DNA from: Octopus vulgaris
Taxonomy: Eukaryota
Assembly: GCA_951406725.2 (NCBI GenBank)
Contig: OX597821.1
Span: forward strand, 930,001-994,000
Length of the DNA stretch: 64,000 nt
Reading direction: 5' to 3'
Below, piece by piece: positions 14,981-29,100 of this stretch; within the stretch, counting starts at the first letter, position 1, and each line of letters opens with the position of its first letter. The notes beneath the pieces were generated by a model. The model was not told the DNA's origin. It worked only from the letters and a program-made list of their open reading frames with translations, and did not search any database. The position numbers and the translations under genes were made by a program.

Positions 14981-15371
14981 TCATTGCATGCGTAATATTA
15001 GACATTAATTCACAGTGTTAAAACACCTGGTTTGGGAATTAATTAATGTTAATTGGATTCACGTGAAGGTATATTATGAACATCACAAAAATGTTGGCGG
15101 AGTCATGACTATTTGTGAATGATAAACCTTTGCAGGTGAAGAAAGTGCAGTGAGTTTGATGTATTTTTGTTTTACAGTGTTTCGATGTATATGTGTATAT
15201 GCTTATATATATATACGCGCATGCGTAGACACACATATCCACACACACCCTTATATATGTTGAGCTTTCCCGCAGAGAGCGACATAAAAGCGTTCAGTGA
15301 TAAATAAATAAATAGCTAAAAAAGAAGGCGATAATTACATCGCAGGAAACGGTTTTAGTTATGTAAGTACA

Positions 15372-15434
<63 letters not shown>

Positions 15435-15462
15435 CCCTGTTAAATTCACTCTTAATTTATTT

Positions 15463-15512
15463 CTTGAGAATTAAGAATTTTCGTCGCACATCTGCGACCT
15501 GATCACTGACAC
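15463..15512 (-). ncRNA. Degenerate type I hammerhead-like motif
   Basis: Minus strand: GTGATCA-G-GTCGCA(GATG)TGCGAC-GAAA-ATT(CTT)AATT-C; perfect 6-bp helix II; core has two substitutions. Confidence 0.4.
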
Positions 15513-15830
15513 AGCCCCTGTACACTTCGGTGGAATTGTATTAGGATGTGTCTTTTACTGCATAACCTGCATAAAGTCCTCTGGCTCAATTGTCCTAATT
15601 ATCTAATTTGAACTGGTGCAAGTACACCATGTGCTAGACAAAGAATGGCACATTCTAAGGAAAGTACAGAAAGCAAAATCCAAATGGATCGATTGTAAAT
15701 TTCCTTGCTGTCGCAGTTTACAATATATGTGAAGTTCCGCTTGTTGCTGTCTGTCTAATGCCGAACATATATCCACTAGGTTCAGAGATCATCTAAGCTT
15801 TTCATCCCATTAAGTCATTAGAATATAAGT

Positions 15831-15871
<41 letters not shown>

Positions 15872-17034
15872 TCCATCTGTGTACTGGGGTATTCGTCAGG
15901 TTATTATATCTCTTATGGACGTACCGTGTTAAAAAAACACAATATATATATATATCAGAAGCGGACGAAAATCATCTTAGCAGCTGTTGAGGAGATTACT
16001 AGATGCAACATTTCTGCATTTATGACCGTTGTCGGTAGCATGTACTCACGGACAATCGTATACTAAAATAAAATCTACTACTGATATTAGAAATCTGATT
16101 GAACAGTCACTGGTATTGCGAATCGTCGCCCGGCTGAATAAAAATCCATAATATGAAACGAAAGCAGTACCAGATAAAAATAGCCAACTTTCTATCATAT
16201 TTAACGTAAATACATCACGTAAAGCAAATATACTGCAGTATTCGTGCGGCGATTTTGTACACAGACACAAATACATACATATATACATACATAGCGAGCT
16301 CAATTCTTGTTACAAAATATCGCCTTGTGATGGACGTACGATAACAAAGAAAATCATTATTTTTATTATTGCAGTCTTAACAGATACTTATAAATTTGAT
16401 ACTTAAGACGCTATTTTTCAATACTTATCTCGACAAAAATAAATAATTTCGATCTGGATCTTGTCTAGATATCGATCAACTTCCATCAAAGATTACATCC
16501 CCAATGGATTACATAGAAGATTAATTTACTCAACAGAAATTTTTTTTTATCACTATCGTTATTGTAGGAGGGGGAAAAAGATCGCCGTTAAAATGGTTTA
16601 TCTTCCATCATTATAACTTTCGTTTATCAGTGTAGATACCTCTATACATTGTAGCCGTCTGTCTGTGTTTGTTGTCACTTCCTTATCCTGGTGGTTTTAT
16701 ATATTTAGAAAACTAAATTTACAGAACCACTATCCGTCTCGGTCGACAATAAACCAGCATTATTTTATTTTTATTTCCTAATAATTTATTAAAATATATT
16801 CAATGTAAAATAACTAACATCAAAATCAAATTATAATAAGTTGTGGTCTTCCTTGGAAACATCAGTAACAGACAAATTAAATAAGAGAGTTCATTTTTTT
16901 CTCTCTCTTCGTTGTTTGTCACGTGTTATGTTGTCTACTCTCTCAGTTTGCTCTTGTGATACAATATGTCGTCGAAATTAGGTGTATTTTTCTCTCTGCA
17001 GTCTATCCACATTTCTTCATCCAACCTCTTTCTT

Positions 17035-17112
<78 letters not shown>

Positions 17113-17398
17113 TCACACACTCACACACTCACTAGCTATGCAAGTCCCTCCCTTATTCGGCGATACTTGAAATTTCCTCTTTTTCCTCTTACCCTGTCAA
17201 CGTTTTCTTTTTTGAAGACATACACAGAAAAACACACATATGTAATTGTGTGGGTGTGTATGTGTGTGTATATATATATACACACATACATACATTGTTA
17301 TATTTCAGGATGGACATTTTTTTCTTGCCAAAAGAACACGCACTATATATTCGTTCTTCACTCGTTTATTTCTGTTCTTATTTTATCTTATGTCCATT

Positions 17399-17443
17399 GT
17401 CCAGAAATCTTTCGTCACACATCTGAGACCTCTTCAGCGACCC
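17399..17443 (-). ncRNA. Degenerate type I hammerhead-like motif (same helix II family as 15463)
   Basis: Minus strand: CTGAAGA-G-GTCTCA(GATG)TGTGAC-GAAA-GATTTCT; intact CUGANGA and GAAA boxes; cleavage triplet not canonical. Confidence 0.45.
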
Positions 17444-17692
17444 TTTCTGCCCACATGTGTCTTCCTGCTCTGCTTCATCCATTCTCCAGATTATATATAT
17501 ATATATGTTATCGTTCTTTTTCAACATGGACAGATGTCTTCCATCTCCTCAGAAAAGTCTTCTCTGAAGAGAGAAAAGTCGAACTTATGCCCATGTTGTA
17601 AGAGTACAACAATCCTCAAGTATTCTTACTCTGTTCGCATCATTGACCTCTTTTTCTTATTATGGATTACTACGATCACTTTACCGAAATGA

Positions 17693-17776
<84 letters not shown>

Positions 17777-17797
17777 CTGTCTGTCTGTCTCTCACTC

Positions 17798-17830
<33 letters not shown>

Positions 17831-17949
17831 TGTATGTATGTATGTATGTATGTATGTATGTATGTATGTGTGTTTGTATGTATGTATGTATGTATGTATG
17901 TATGTATGTATGTATGTCACTGTATCACTGTATCAACCAGACCACCGAA

Positions 17950-18384
17950 TGTTGTTATACACTGCTGGTTATAATGTGCGTCATCGCATTATACTTTTTG
18001 AATGTCGTCACTCCGCTGGCCAGGCGGGCATGACAACATTCCCCCTCTACAGAATCCCAAACAGTCGCAGTTGCAGCTGAGTGGACGGGACCAACGTGAA
18101 ATGAAGTGTTTTGCTCAAGAACACTCGCTGACGATACATCGAAGAAGCCAGGGAACAGAAGAAAGAAGACATGCACCCAACACCAGAGCTGAAGACACCT
18201 CTAAAGGGGGGGGGACACGCCACGTCAAAACGGTAGAGGAGTAGGGGCCGAAACCGGACGTGGTTCCTCCTGATGATGTCTTGAGCTAACTTGATCCTAT
18301 AAAGGAGCTGTTGTGATAGCAGACCACGAAACACGGTTGTAATTCCTCGCCCCACAACATCCTAATCACTTGGCCATACTCCTT

Positions 18385-18390
<6 letters not shown>
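17950..18390 (-). mobile_element. tRNA-derived SINE interrupted by a ~215-bp insert (~18140-18355)
   Basis: Head fragment GTGAAGGAGTATGGCCAAGTGATTAGGATGTTG at ~18355-18387; body at 17950-18135 homologous to 33520-33785. Confidence 0.6.
18186..18345 (+). ncRNA. Two adjacent hammerhead-like cores
   Basis: CTGAAGA(18189)..GAAA-CC(GGACGT)GGT-T then CTGATGA(18270)..GAAA-CA(CGGT)TGT-A; helix I pairing imperfect. Confidence 0.45.
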
Positions 18391-18417
<27 letters not shown>

Positions 18418-19103
18418 AAATATAAATATATATATATGCGAGTGTGTATACACGTGGCGTTAATATTGCTAAGGGGTTAAAAGCTATTTGCAGATTATTC
18501 TAAGATATTTCCGATGTTGGATTTTGACAATGAGAATACTAAAATATTGCAAAAGTCTTTGAATAAGTAGAATATTTGGTCGGCAAAAATACGAGAATTA
18601 AAGCAAACAGGCAAAAACATACAAACAAAAGCGATTATACTTCAGTAAAAAATTATCTAATTTAATCTTTCAAAATAAAGAACTATATATTTGAATTTAT
18701 TGAAAAATTAAAGATGCCTTGAGGTTTCTCTTGATAAGGATCATAGCTTTCAAGTATTGCAGCTGTACTTAAGAAATCGAATGGCATTATTGAGCTCGTA
18801 AATAGAACTGTAATTTTGATTAGAGAAAATACATTTCCAATACTTTATGACTGCGCTGATCACTTTTTGATAACGCCGTTGAACGAAGATTTTTCCGTCA
18901 CGAATGGCTTTGGGTAGACGAGAGAAAGCGTTTCTTATTTTAATTTCAATAATTTGCAATGGCACGTGTAGGTATTGAGTTGAGACTAGAATATTTGCGT
19001 AGGTTGTTTGTTATCGATTAAGAATAACTTGTGTATGTATAAGTTACTCTAACTTGTCCTGCTAATCTATTCTTTTGTTTATTTACTTTATATTTATTTA
19101 TTT

Positions 19104-19960
19104 TTGACTTGTTTCGGTCATTGGACTGCGGCTATGCTGATGGCTTCCTCCTTAAAGGGTTTTGTCGAACAAATCGACCCTCAGTTCTCTCTTTTTCTCT
19201 TTTTCTTTTACTTGTTTCAGTCATTTGACTGCGGCCATGCTGGAGTACTGCCTTTAGTCGAGCAAATCGACGCCTTTAGTCGAGCAAATCGACCCCAGGA
19301 CTTATTCTTTGGAAGCCTAGTACTTATTCTATCGGTGACTTTTGCTGAATCGTTCAGTTACGGGGACGAAAACACACCAGCATCAGTTGTCACGCGGTTG
19401 TTGTGGGGACAAACACAGACACACAAACAAATACACATACATTCATACATATATACATATATACGACGGGCTTCTTTCAGTTTCCGTCTACCAAATCCAC
19501 TCACAAGGCTTTGGTCGGCTCGAGGCTATAGTAGAAAACACTTGCCCAAGGTGCCACGCAGTGGGAATGAACCCGGAACCATGTGGTTTGTAAGCAAGCT
19601 ACTTACCACACAGCTGCGGTAATTTTTATTTCAAGTCTGGTACTTATTCAATCAGTCACTATTGCTGAACCGCTAAGTTAGGGTGATGTAAGCAAACCAA
19701 TATCCGTTGCCAAATGGTTGTGCGGACAAACACAAAGTCACGCGCACAGACACACTCAAACACGCATACACACACTATGTACACATGATAGTCTTCCACA
19801 CAGGTTCTGTCCACCAAATCCACTCACAAGGATTTGGCTAGCCATGCGCTATAGTAGAAGACATCTGCCTATGATGCTTACTTGTTGTATCGAACCCAGA
19901 ACCACGGGCTGTGTAATTGCGAAGCGAACTTCTTAAACCCAGAACCATGCCTGCACCCAC
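19104..19960 (-). mobile_element. Nested SINE family 2: younger copy (~19195-19617) inserted into an older copy
   Basis: Tail of older copy at 19104-19182, complete younger copy, then the older copy resumes at ~19625 and runs to its head at ~19960. Confidence 0.8.
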
Positions 19961-20019
19961 TTCTTGTTTGTGATACTTTTGCAATTAAGACTACCAACGT
20001 ACAACCTAAATGGTTCTTT

Positions 20020-20278
20020 TGAAATTCTATCCGGGCTTTACGCTCATTCGACACAGCATCTGCAGACTGGAAGGCCCCGCACCCGAAGGAAGATCGCCAG
20101 AGGCTCGACTTCACCTTGGAGGATGCAGAGGGACTGGCACGGGGGCCGCCAATGATTGAGAGCACTGGTGAACCTGGTCGTCTCTCCTCATGACGATGTC
20201 TCAGGGACCACTAACCTGGGGTGACCTCAACCCCATCAAACAAGAGCATGAGGCAAATAAGCAAGCAAGCAACAAGCA
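20020..20278 (+). mobile_element. 3' fragment of an RTE-type LINE with (AAGC)n tail, inserted in the transposase relic
   Basis: GC-rich, degenerate RTE-like C-terminus (ALRSFD..ADWKAP..LEDAEGLA) followed by a short UTR and AAGCAAGCAAGC. Confidence 0.6.
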
Positions 20279-20544
20279 TACTTTGACTGTCATGTCTAGG
20301 TAACCAAGAGGAGAAGTGGACACCAGTGCGTTTGTGTAAACGAGCTGCATTATTGATTCAACAAAGATCAATTTCTTTTGCCATGGTCACGAAATGGAGA
20401 GAACAGAAAAGATCATCATATTAACTGCTGTTTCTGTAGTGTTAACATAACTATTTTTTTTTATGAAGAGTAACTACGTCAACGAAATCAATATTCTGTC
20501 CAACCTAATGAAACAATACCTATTTCGTTTTTCGTTACCCTTTG

Positions 20545-20975
20545 CCTATCAAAAGCATTTTTATATAAGTTTGCTTTCAGACTTTTAGTTGACCCTTGTT
20601 TCATGTTCTGAGTAGTATAAAGCTTTCCTTTTATAAATCCCAAGTTACTCTGGTAGCTGAAAAAAAATGGGAACATGTATTATATACGATGCATGGACGC
20701 CAGGAAAATATGTCCTGTGTATCGTCTGCGATGTAATTTACTCTTCTACATAATCGTGCGTTTGAACATAGAAATTGCTCTCCATTTAACCCGTTGTCTG
20801 TCCTAAGCATTTTCAAATGTTTGCTTTCAGACTTTTAGATTACCCTTGTTTCATACGTTCTGAGTTACATAAATCTTTCCTTTCGTGAGTCTCAAGTTAC
20901 TCTGGTGGTTGGCAAAAAATAGGAATGTGTATTTTATATGATGCATAGACGCCAAGGAAATGTACTGTGCATCAC
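20545..20975. repeat. Diverged tandem repeat, ~253-bp period, about 1.7 units
   Basis: GTTTGCTTTCAGACTTTTAG..ACCCTTGTTTCAT..CAAGTTACTCTGGT..GATGCAT.GACGCCA occurs twice (~20570, ~20820). Confidence 0.85.
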
Positions 20976-22235
20976 ATCTAATTCACAGGAACGACTAAGT
21001 GCGGGTTAAATGAAGTACTAGCTTCTACAAATAACAGAGTGGACAGTGTTGAAGGGAAAATTGGTGTAGGTGATGGATTTTCTAAAGATACTGAATATGT
21101 ATCCAAAGAAAATTTGTTCTAAACAAGTATGTTTAAATAATCTTAGTAGATACTAATTGTCGTCTACAGAAAAGGTCGACCTTCTCGTCTCTACACTGAA
21201 CAAAGCTAATTTACTTGATCAAAATACAAAAGTGATTTACTTTCTAAAGTGAATTTTTAATTGGCAACATTAGATGATCCATTCTACTATAGCAATGGCA
21301 TCAATGAATTCTTCACAAACTTGTCTCAAACTTCTTGAGTATCTGACTGGCGCCTTTGCATTGATTCACTATTAAGTAATTCTACGTAACAGGAATGTAA
21401 AGCTGTGCATTCCTTATTGTCCAAGATGTCCACACAATAGAATCATATGTCAACATAGATATGCTGCTTGGTACCATTCAAAGTTAAATTTGTAAATGGA
21501 ATCTCTGTGGAGATCTCAAAGTTATTTGAATAATACTCAAACAAGATTTACAAAATACTGCTGTTTCTTATATCTATAGAGCATTCGTACAACTACATTC
21601 CACTATATCAAACCATCGTAGCTATTAAAGTTAGCATATGTCTTAGGAATGAGCAGTGCTCAATCCGTTCCTTCTATTTGGGCCCCCAAGAAGACATTTC
21701 TACCATCTCTCCTTATTAGATATGATTTAATAAAAGTTTTTCTCAAAGCAATGATTTAGTCGACGCAAGATTTCAAAATCCTTTAAAAATATTTCCCAAA
21801 GTTAAAGGTGAGAAATTTTGCAGGGTTTCCAATCTTTGAGTTTTTTAATATTAAATTTAAACAAATCTTGAAAGCACTGCAATTAAAAGCTTGAAAACTT
21901 TTTAAAATGGTTATGCGAAATTTAATCAAGGAGCAAGGAGAACGGTTCGATCCAAATATTCAAAGGAAACGTTTGGAATGAATACATAATAGTTGACTAT
22001 TGTCTGATTCTGATTCGCGACAACCCAGACCAAATCTATAAAAGAAAATTATATTAATAACACTTTAAAAATGTGAATAATATATAATTCTAAATTACAT
22101 ATGTACGTAATTGAATTTGCGATCTAAAAATGGGGTTAAAATTATTTATGTATGAATTAATAATGTGTATGCTTTATGTTTAGGTGAAAGCAATAAAACG
22201 TTTTTAATAAAATATTTAAGTATTGGTAACATATT

Positions 22236-22410
22236 GGCGGTGAGCTGGTAGAATCATTAGCAGGCCGGGCGAAATGCTTAGTGGTGTTTCGTCCACTTTT
22301 ACGTTATGAGTTCAAATTCTACCGAGATCGACAGAGCCTTTCATACTTTCGGGTTCGATAAAATAAGTACAGTTTGAGCACTGGGTGTCGATGTAATCGA
22401 TTTACCTATT
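22236..22410 (+). mobile_element. SINE family 1, 3'-truncated
   Basis: GGCGGTGAGCTGGTAGAATCATTAGC..GAGTTCAAATTC; homologous to 142-372. Confidence 0.8.
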
Positions 22411-23431
22411 CCTGTGTAGGAGTATAAAAAATCGAGTCAAGCCAGCGTGGCAGAGTAGGCTCATCAAACCAGTATGACTTCAGGCTCGAGATCACGGTTT
22501 CCAGACCAGACCGTAATTGCGGGGTGGGAGAACATACTTAAACCTTTGTCTTGCAGTGGACTGAATATAGACAATTCAATCCAACATACTGGCAAGATAT
22601 TTTGGGCAAAAAAAATACTGATTTATGTATTTGAAACGAGAGGAAGTATATGTTCTTGTCCAATAATTTAGATGCGTCATTCGAGGACAACAATTCTTGA
22701 AGGAGTAACTTCTTGTTGAAAATACGTAAAAACAAGTCAATTCCAATTTTAAAGTAAGTGTTTTATAAGGTCAGATTTATGAACTCTGGTGGGTCTAAAC
22801 GAGCTAGTAGAGTACACGTTAGTTTGCAGGCTCTCCCAGACAAGTGACATTGGTGCGGCTGGTTCCCAGCTAGAACATACGCAGTCCAACATCTGCAGGA
22901 ACATCGATATTTTTCAAATATAGTCTAAGGAAGTGATTGAATCGTTCTTACTACAATGATTATGTACTTCACTCATCTGAAAGGTACGAATAACCCACCA
23001 CCACCACCACCTCCACGACAACAATAACAACTGAACAATATCAGAAAAACAAGTCAGTGTGATTAGGGCAAGAACTGGAGATTTGGCCACAATTCTTTAT
23101 AACAGAATGGACTCCACTTAAGACACTCAAATAGCAGACAGCCAGTGGTGGGGAGAAACAATGTGGTGTGTTAGGTCTGCTCTTAAAATTCAAATAACGA
23201 AAAAAAAAAAAAGAGATGACGTAAAGGTGGACAAGATCATTCTAAACAAATATGAAATCTTAGTATTCTATCAATTTCCACTGAGAACAAATTCTTTTGG
23301 CAATAAACAGCTGGAATTTTATAACACTAAAATAACGACATACATAATTGTGTGTGTGTGTGTGTATGATGGAATGGGATGATTCCGACAAAATATATAT
23401 TGTTTCGTGCAACTCCTAGTCTGTGTGTGTG

Positions 23432-23462
<31 letters not shown>

Positions 23463-23487
23463 GTAAGTGTGTGTATATATATAGGTG

Positions 23488-23526
<39 letters not shown>

Positions 23527-24258
23527 GTATGTGTGTGTGTATATATATATATGTGTGTGTGAGTGTGTGTGTGTGTGCGCGCGCACACACAGACACACAC
23601 ACATATACACACACAATGGATGACTGTAGAGTTCCGAAATCCATTAGCTTTAAATAAATATTATATCACTGTACCTAACGCTATTGAGTGCTTTGCTTCG
23701 GTTCATTACATTTCACACCTCCGTAATATTGCTGGCTAATATAACACACACACACACACACACGCGTATAAGTATATATGTACACTCTATCCATCATTAT
23801 GGATGACGTCAACCATTATTTTTTCTTCTGTACTGTCAACAACCAGCCTATATTGTTTTAATTAAATCAACATTTCTCTCTCCTCTAATCTCGTCCAAAA
23901 TCATAAAACAGCCATAAACGAAGACAAAAGTAAAGTCATCCACCTCCTCCTTCTCTCAGTATCTATCGATCTGAAAGAATCTTAGTCAGCATCGTCTCCA
24001 AATAGATTTCAGCTTGTAATTCCCAATCATGTCAACGTAGCCAAGCCAAGTTGTGTAACTACGACCCATACGTGTTCATTTGTGGTTGGCAAGCTACGGT
24101 ATTTACATCCGGGTATATTATTGGGTATCTCAAAGAAAACAAAACATATAAGTGACGTTGAATGATGTATTTGGTATATGAAAGAAAGAGACATTTTCTT
24201 GTGTGAGTCAGAAAGATTATTTACAAAGCTTCTTTGAAGGTATTATATATATATATAT

Positions 24259-24294
<36 letters not shown>

Positions 24295-24295
24295 G

Positions 24296-24374
24296 CAACA
24301 ACCACAACGAGCACATCACAAGCACTACCACCACCACCACCACCACCACCACGACCAGCACCACCAGCACCACC

Positions 24375-24405
<31 letters not shown>

Positions 24406-24580
24406 CCACCACCACCACCACCACCACCACCACCACCACCACCACCACCACCACCACCACCACCACCACCACGACCACCACGACCACGACCACCAGCACC
24501 AGCACCACCACCACCACCACTACCACCATCACCATCACTAGCAACGACAATACCAGCAACTATAACAACAACAACAACGA
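24296..24580. repeat. (ACC)n/(AAC)n trinucleotide microsatellite
   Basis: Long CAC/ACC run; source of the spurious poly-H/T/G/V ORFs. Confidence 0.95.
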
Positions 24581-24679
24581 AAGTAACACCAGTAGCACCC
24601 TTCAACTTGTCTTCTATTACCCCAACAACAAATCATATGACATGGCGAGGATCTACCCGACAGACTTACCCTTCAACAC

Positions 24680-25090
24680 AAGGGTATGTATCGCACCACA
24701 GATTGACAGTGAGACAGGCAAAGATTTCCTTAACTAAAAATAGAGACCGACACATCTTAGACCGGTACAACAAAATCACTAAAAAACATAATGAGGGGAG
24801 ATTCACCAATCCCAGTTCATCTGTTGCCAAGAGAGTCAACGACTATTGAAAAAGTTGTAAGACGCAACGAAAATTTCAGAAAAAATGAATAAACGAGTGG
24901 AAATCGAACCGGTGCGTGTGTCAAATAAGGCATTAAAAGGGAATGACTCTCTCCAGACAGTATATATATATATATGCCATAAATCTATCGACGGGCACCA
25001 ATGTGTGAATGCTAATCTCTTCCTTCAGGCGTCTCAGACTAGTATCTTAGAGAAGTCATTAAACCTGAAACATTGGCACCGACCTGTCTT
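24680..25090 (+). pseudogene. Possible highly decayed Penelope-like element (RT thumb/linker region)
   Basis: PFNTRV..TGKDFLN and CHKSIDGHQCVNANLFLQA loosely match PLE motifs PPF..IGK.FL and CPL.G.C...V.YQA; weak. Confidence 0.35.
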
Positions 25091-25227
25091 TTAGAAAAAT
25101 AACAATTTTTTTACTCTACGGTATGAAATATATCGAGTTCTTTATTGAATGACTAGTCTCCCTGGTCTTAGGATTAAAAGCCTCTATTTCTCTCACATAG
25201 AGACGTACACCCACTTACACTCGACTC

Positions 25228-25421
<194 letters not shown>

Positions 25422-25448
25422 ATGTCTGTATGTATGTATGTATGTATG

Positions 25449-25538
<90 letters not shown>

Positions 25539-25756
25539 CCTATCTATCTAGATATATTCATACGCACACGCACTTTGAAATAGACACAATTTTCGAGTCT
25601 CAGTTTTTTCTCCATGTATAAGTCTCTTGCATGTCTTTGGGTATTAAAGACAGATCTATAGAACTCTGTCTATTGCATATATCGATATTTGGATCGAGTT
25701 GTTTTGATTTATATCGTGGGAGTATTCTTTTGATAGTGTATGCACACAGACACACG

Positions 25757-25795
<39 letters not shown>

Positions 25796-25971
25796 TACAT
25801 ATAAGTCTGTGTGTATGAGCGTGTATGTGTGCGCGCGTGTGTGCATTTATCTGTGTATGTGTGAACGAAAATATGTACAAAGACATGTGAAGCATTTGGC
25901 CAAATATTAAAGTTACAGAGAAAAAAACATGACATTAATACATTTTTAAAGAAACCAAATTCCCAGACAAC

Positions 25972-25981
25972 GATAATAATG

Positions 25982-26063
<82 letters not shown>

Positions 26064-26077
26064 CCAAAATGATGATG

Positions 26078-26168
<91 letters not shown>

Positions 26169-26182
26169 TAATAATAATAATA
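25972..26182. repeat. (AAT)n microsatellite
   Basis: ~200-bp ATA run. Confidence 0.95.
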
Positions 26183-29100
26183 AAATGTATTTTCGTGATC
26201 TTCGGTGTTTCTAAGACTAGCACGAGGTTATCAATTCGTATAAGATGAAGGAGACAGTATATTTTCATTCCTTTCTTATTGACAATATTACGACTGTTAT
26301 TAAAACTTGTGTGATTTTAAGCATGGTGTGGAAAGAGGTGCTGTTATTTTATTTGCATCAAAAGAAATAGAAGGGCAAGTTAACTCCGATGTGGTTTGAA
26401 CGCGAATCCTTGAATTATTATACAAGTGATTGTATGGGGAACATAAGAATGTAATTTAACTGCACGGTTGCGTCTAGATTTTTTACTTTTGGTTTAGAAA
26501 ATAATTTCTGATCATAGCATGAGGTATTTTTTCTAATAAAGGTAAAGCTTTTGGCGCCAGATTGGGTTGTATAGTAAAGAAACTACTGCAATACTTTCGC
26601 CTATTTTGAAACGTAAAACGAAACGAGCAAATCTTTGTATACCTATCCTCGATAAATCTAGCTACGTTCAGACGCAAAATATGCTCGTGGCTGTTTAATG
26701 TACATCACAGGAGAATACATTCAGCAAAAGTATAAACAAAGTTCAGCTGCTTAGTTAAACTCAAAAGTCCGGGGGTAATTCTGGCAGACGGGACACATGT
26801 CGAAACACCGTTGCCCCAGAAACCTCTGCGATTGACTCTCGTGTATAGCGTAGGTTGTTTCTGTCATGTAGTTTCGCGGTGATTATCTCTTCATAACATA
26901 ACTGTATCATGGACGGTGGAGTGTAATTTAGAAAGTATTTGGTTGATATTTCTATCAGATCGCATTGCCACCTGGCGACTTCTCTATGACTTGTGCTGGC
27001 AGTTGAAAATGGTAAGGCAACATTAGTTATGTTGCGGGTCAATATATCTTAAACTTTTGCCAGCTTGAAATAAGAGAACAGTTGTTTTGTTTGCCGTTGC
27101 TTTGGTTGGACGTTAGAATAATTTCTGGACACTTTCCAGATTGAATACACTATCGTCAGAAAAGAAAGAAGTTTTACTCTTTTGCCGTACAGTACAGCCA
27201 CTAGCATATTTCGGATCCGAACCTGCTTAGACCCATTAAGAATAAATATGCACATATATCGTCCCAGATCTTTCTGTATACGGCGCAAACAACGATTTTA
27301 TTTCGGCTGGCAGATATAAGCACCGATCTACTAAGATTTTGTTAGATGAAGGTATATACAGATGCCAGCTGTTTGGCTAGGCTTGAAAGTCCGGGAATAT
27401 GTCGAAACACCGGTTCCTTTGGCGAATAAGTAAGGGAGACAACATCACTACTCACCGAATGGGACGGCAACTTGCCAGCTACTACTGGATCTCATTTTCA
27501 GCTAAGTAGACTGAAGTAGTGAGAATGAAAGTGTTTTGCTCAGTGACACAAAACCCCACCTTTCCGGTCCAGGTATCAAAACCACGATCTTGCGACGTGA
27601 GTGTCACACGCGCCATCATCAATTAAAGGAGAGACACGATAAATACTGGTTTCAAATTTTGGCACAAGGCCAGCAATTTCGGGGGAAATTGGTGGGGATG
27701 AAAGGCGAAGTTACCCATAGTGGGATTTGAACTCAGAAAGAAGTTCCCCAACCTATCGACCTTATTTGAATTAATACTGGTTTCGATTTTCGACTGAAGG
27801 CCAGAGATTTTGGGGGAGGGGTAAGGTTACATTGACTCAAGTGCCCAACTGATACTTATTTTATCGACCCCGAAAGGATGAAAGGCAAAGACAGACGAAA
27901 AGCGGCTGAGTAATTTGTCCGGCGTGCTAACGATTCTACCTGCTCGCCGCTTTCGAGACATGATAAATATTGCATATACAACATTTTCCAATAATGATAT
28001 TCTACACAGGCCCGGGGCCACAGGGATTATCTTGAAAAGGGAAGTGAGGACCACTGTACTGGTACTAATTTTATCGAACCTGGAAGATGAAAGGTAAGGT
28101 CAACCCTTGATAGAATTTGAACACGTAACGTAAAAGAGCTTAACTAGAATATCCAGAACTAAATTGTTCCCTGATCTGTTCTCTCCACCCAGAACGGGAC
28201 GCCAGTCCATCGCTGGATCAACTCAGCAATTACTGAATTTCGTATTCAGCTGAGTGAACCGGACCAATGCGGAATAATTAGCTTAAGAACACAACGCATC
28301 GGCCAGCCCTGGAATCGAAACCATAGTCTTAAGATCCTGGATACTACATTTTAACCACTAAGCCAAGCGCTGAGTTATTTAACTATCAGAAAGCCTGGTC
28401 AACAAAGACAATCGTCTTCTGTAGCGAGGAATCACCAAGGAACAATTTGCGACTGGTTTGTTTATTGGGTTTCATTTCGTTTTCTACATGGAAATGGTCG
28501 TTTGAAATTTAATAGAGGAAGGGGCAGGGGTTATAATGGGAGCTTGTGGCGTTCATGATTTCTCTTAAAAAGGAACAGCGTGGCAAATGAAGTGAGCAAA
28601 GTGATTCTTCAACTGGATATGAAATACTTCATTTATAATGAGGCAGGTAGAAAGAAACAGAGAGAGAGAGAGAGAGGGGGGGGGAAGGAGGGGGAAAGAG
28701 AGGTGGTGTGTGTGTAGGAAATGAGAAGCTCTGACGTATATGGCTCTCCTTAAAGGCATTAGTGATGACGAACGTGGTTCGAACCTAATTGGGAATAGAA
28801 AGAATAAATAATAGAAAGAAAAAATAAATCATACAACGAAAAATAAAAATAAAAATACTAAAAAACCACACGAAACGAAACAAAACAAATGATACTGCAG
28901 GTGCATATTATGGTAAAAAAGAGAGAAAAAATAAAACGATAAAAACCTCACACACACACACACACGCGCGCGCATATATACACACACACATCCACATGTT
29001 AGCACAGTCGTTTCTCTGCTTTCCATATTGCAACCAATTATACATCCTACCACATGCTTTCCTTGAGTTCTTTCACAATTGTGTAAACTCTAATTAATTA

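Larger units (their letters stand above)
19960..22050 (+). pseudogene. Decayed Chapaev3-type (CMC superfamily) transposase relic
   Basis: Ordered remnants: AYFDC, NQEEKWTP, KWREQK, LNNL..EKVDLLVSTL, WRLCIDS, WNLCGDLKVI, FTKYCCFL, FLPSLLIRYDLIKVFLKAM (LPPLHIKLGL-like), EQGERFD, WNEYIIVDYCLILIRD..YKRK; many stops and frameshifts; family name from recalled motifs. Confidence 0.75.

Noticed and set aside
16046-16303. Possible minus-strand exon ending at a GTGAGTA donor
   Set aside because: No recognisable protein similarity and no convincing acceptor or partner exons
24203-24737. Poly-His/Thr/Gly-rich ORFs resembling mucin or glycine-rich proteins
   Set aside because: Open in most frames purely because of the (ACC)n repeat
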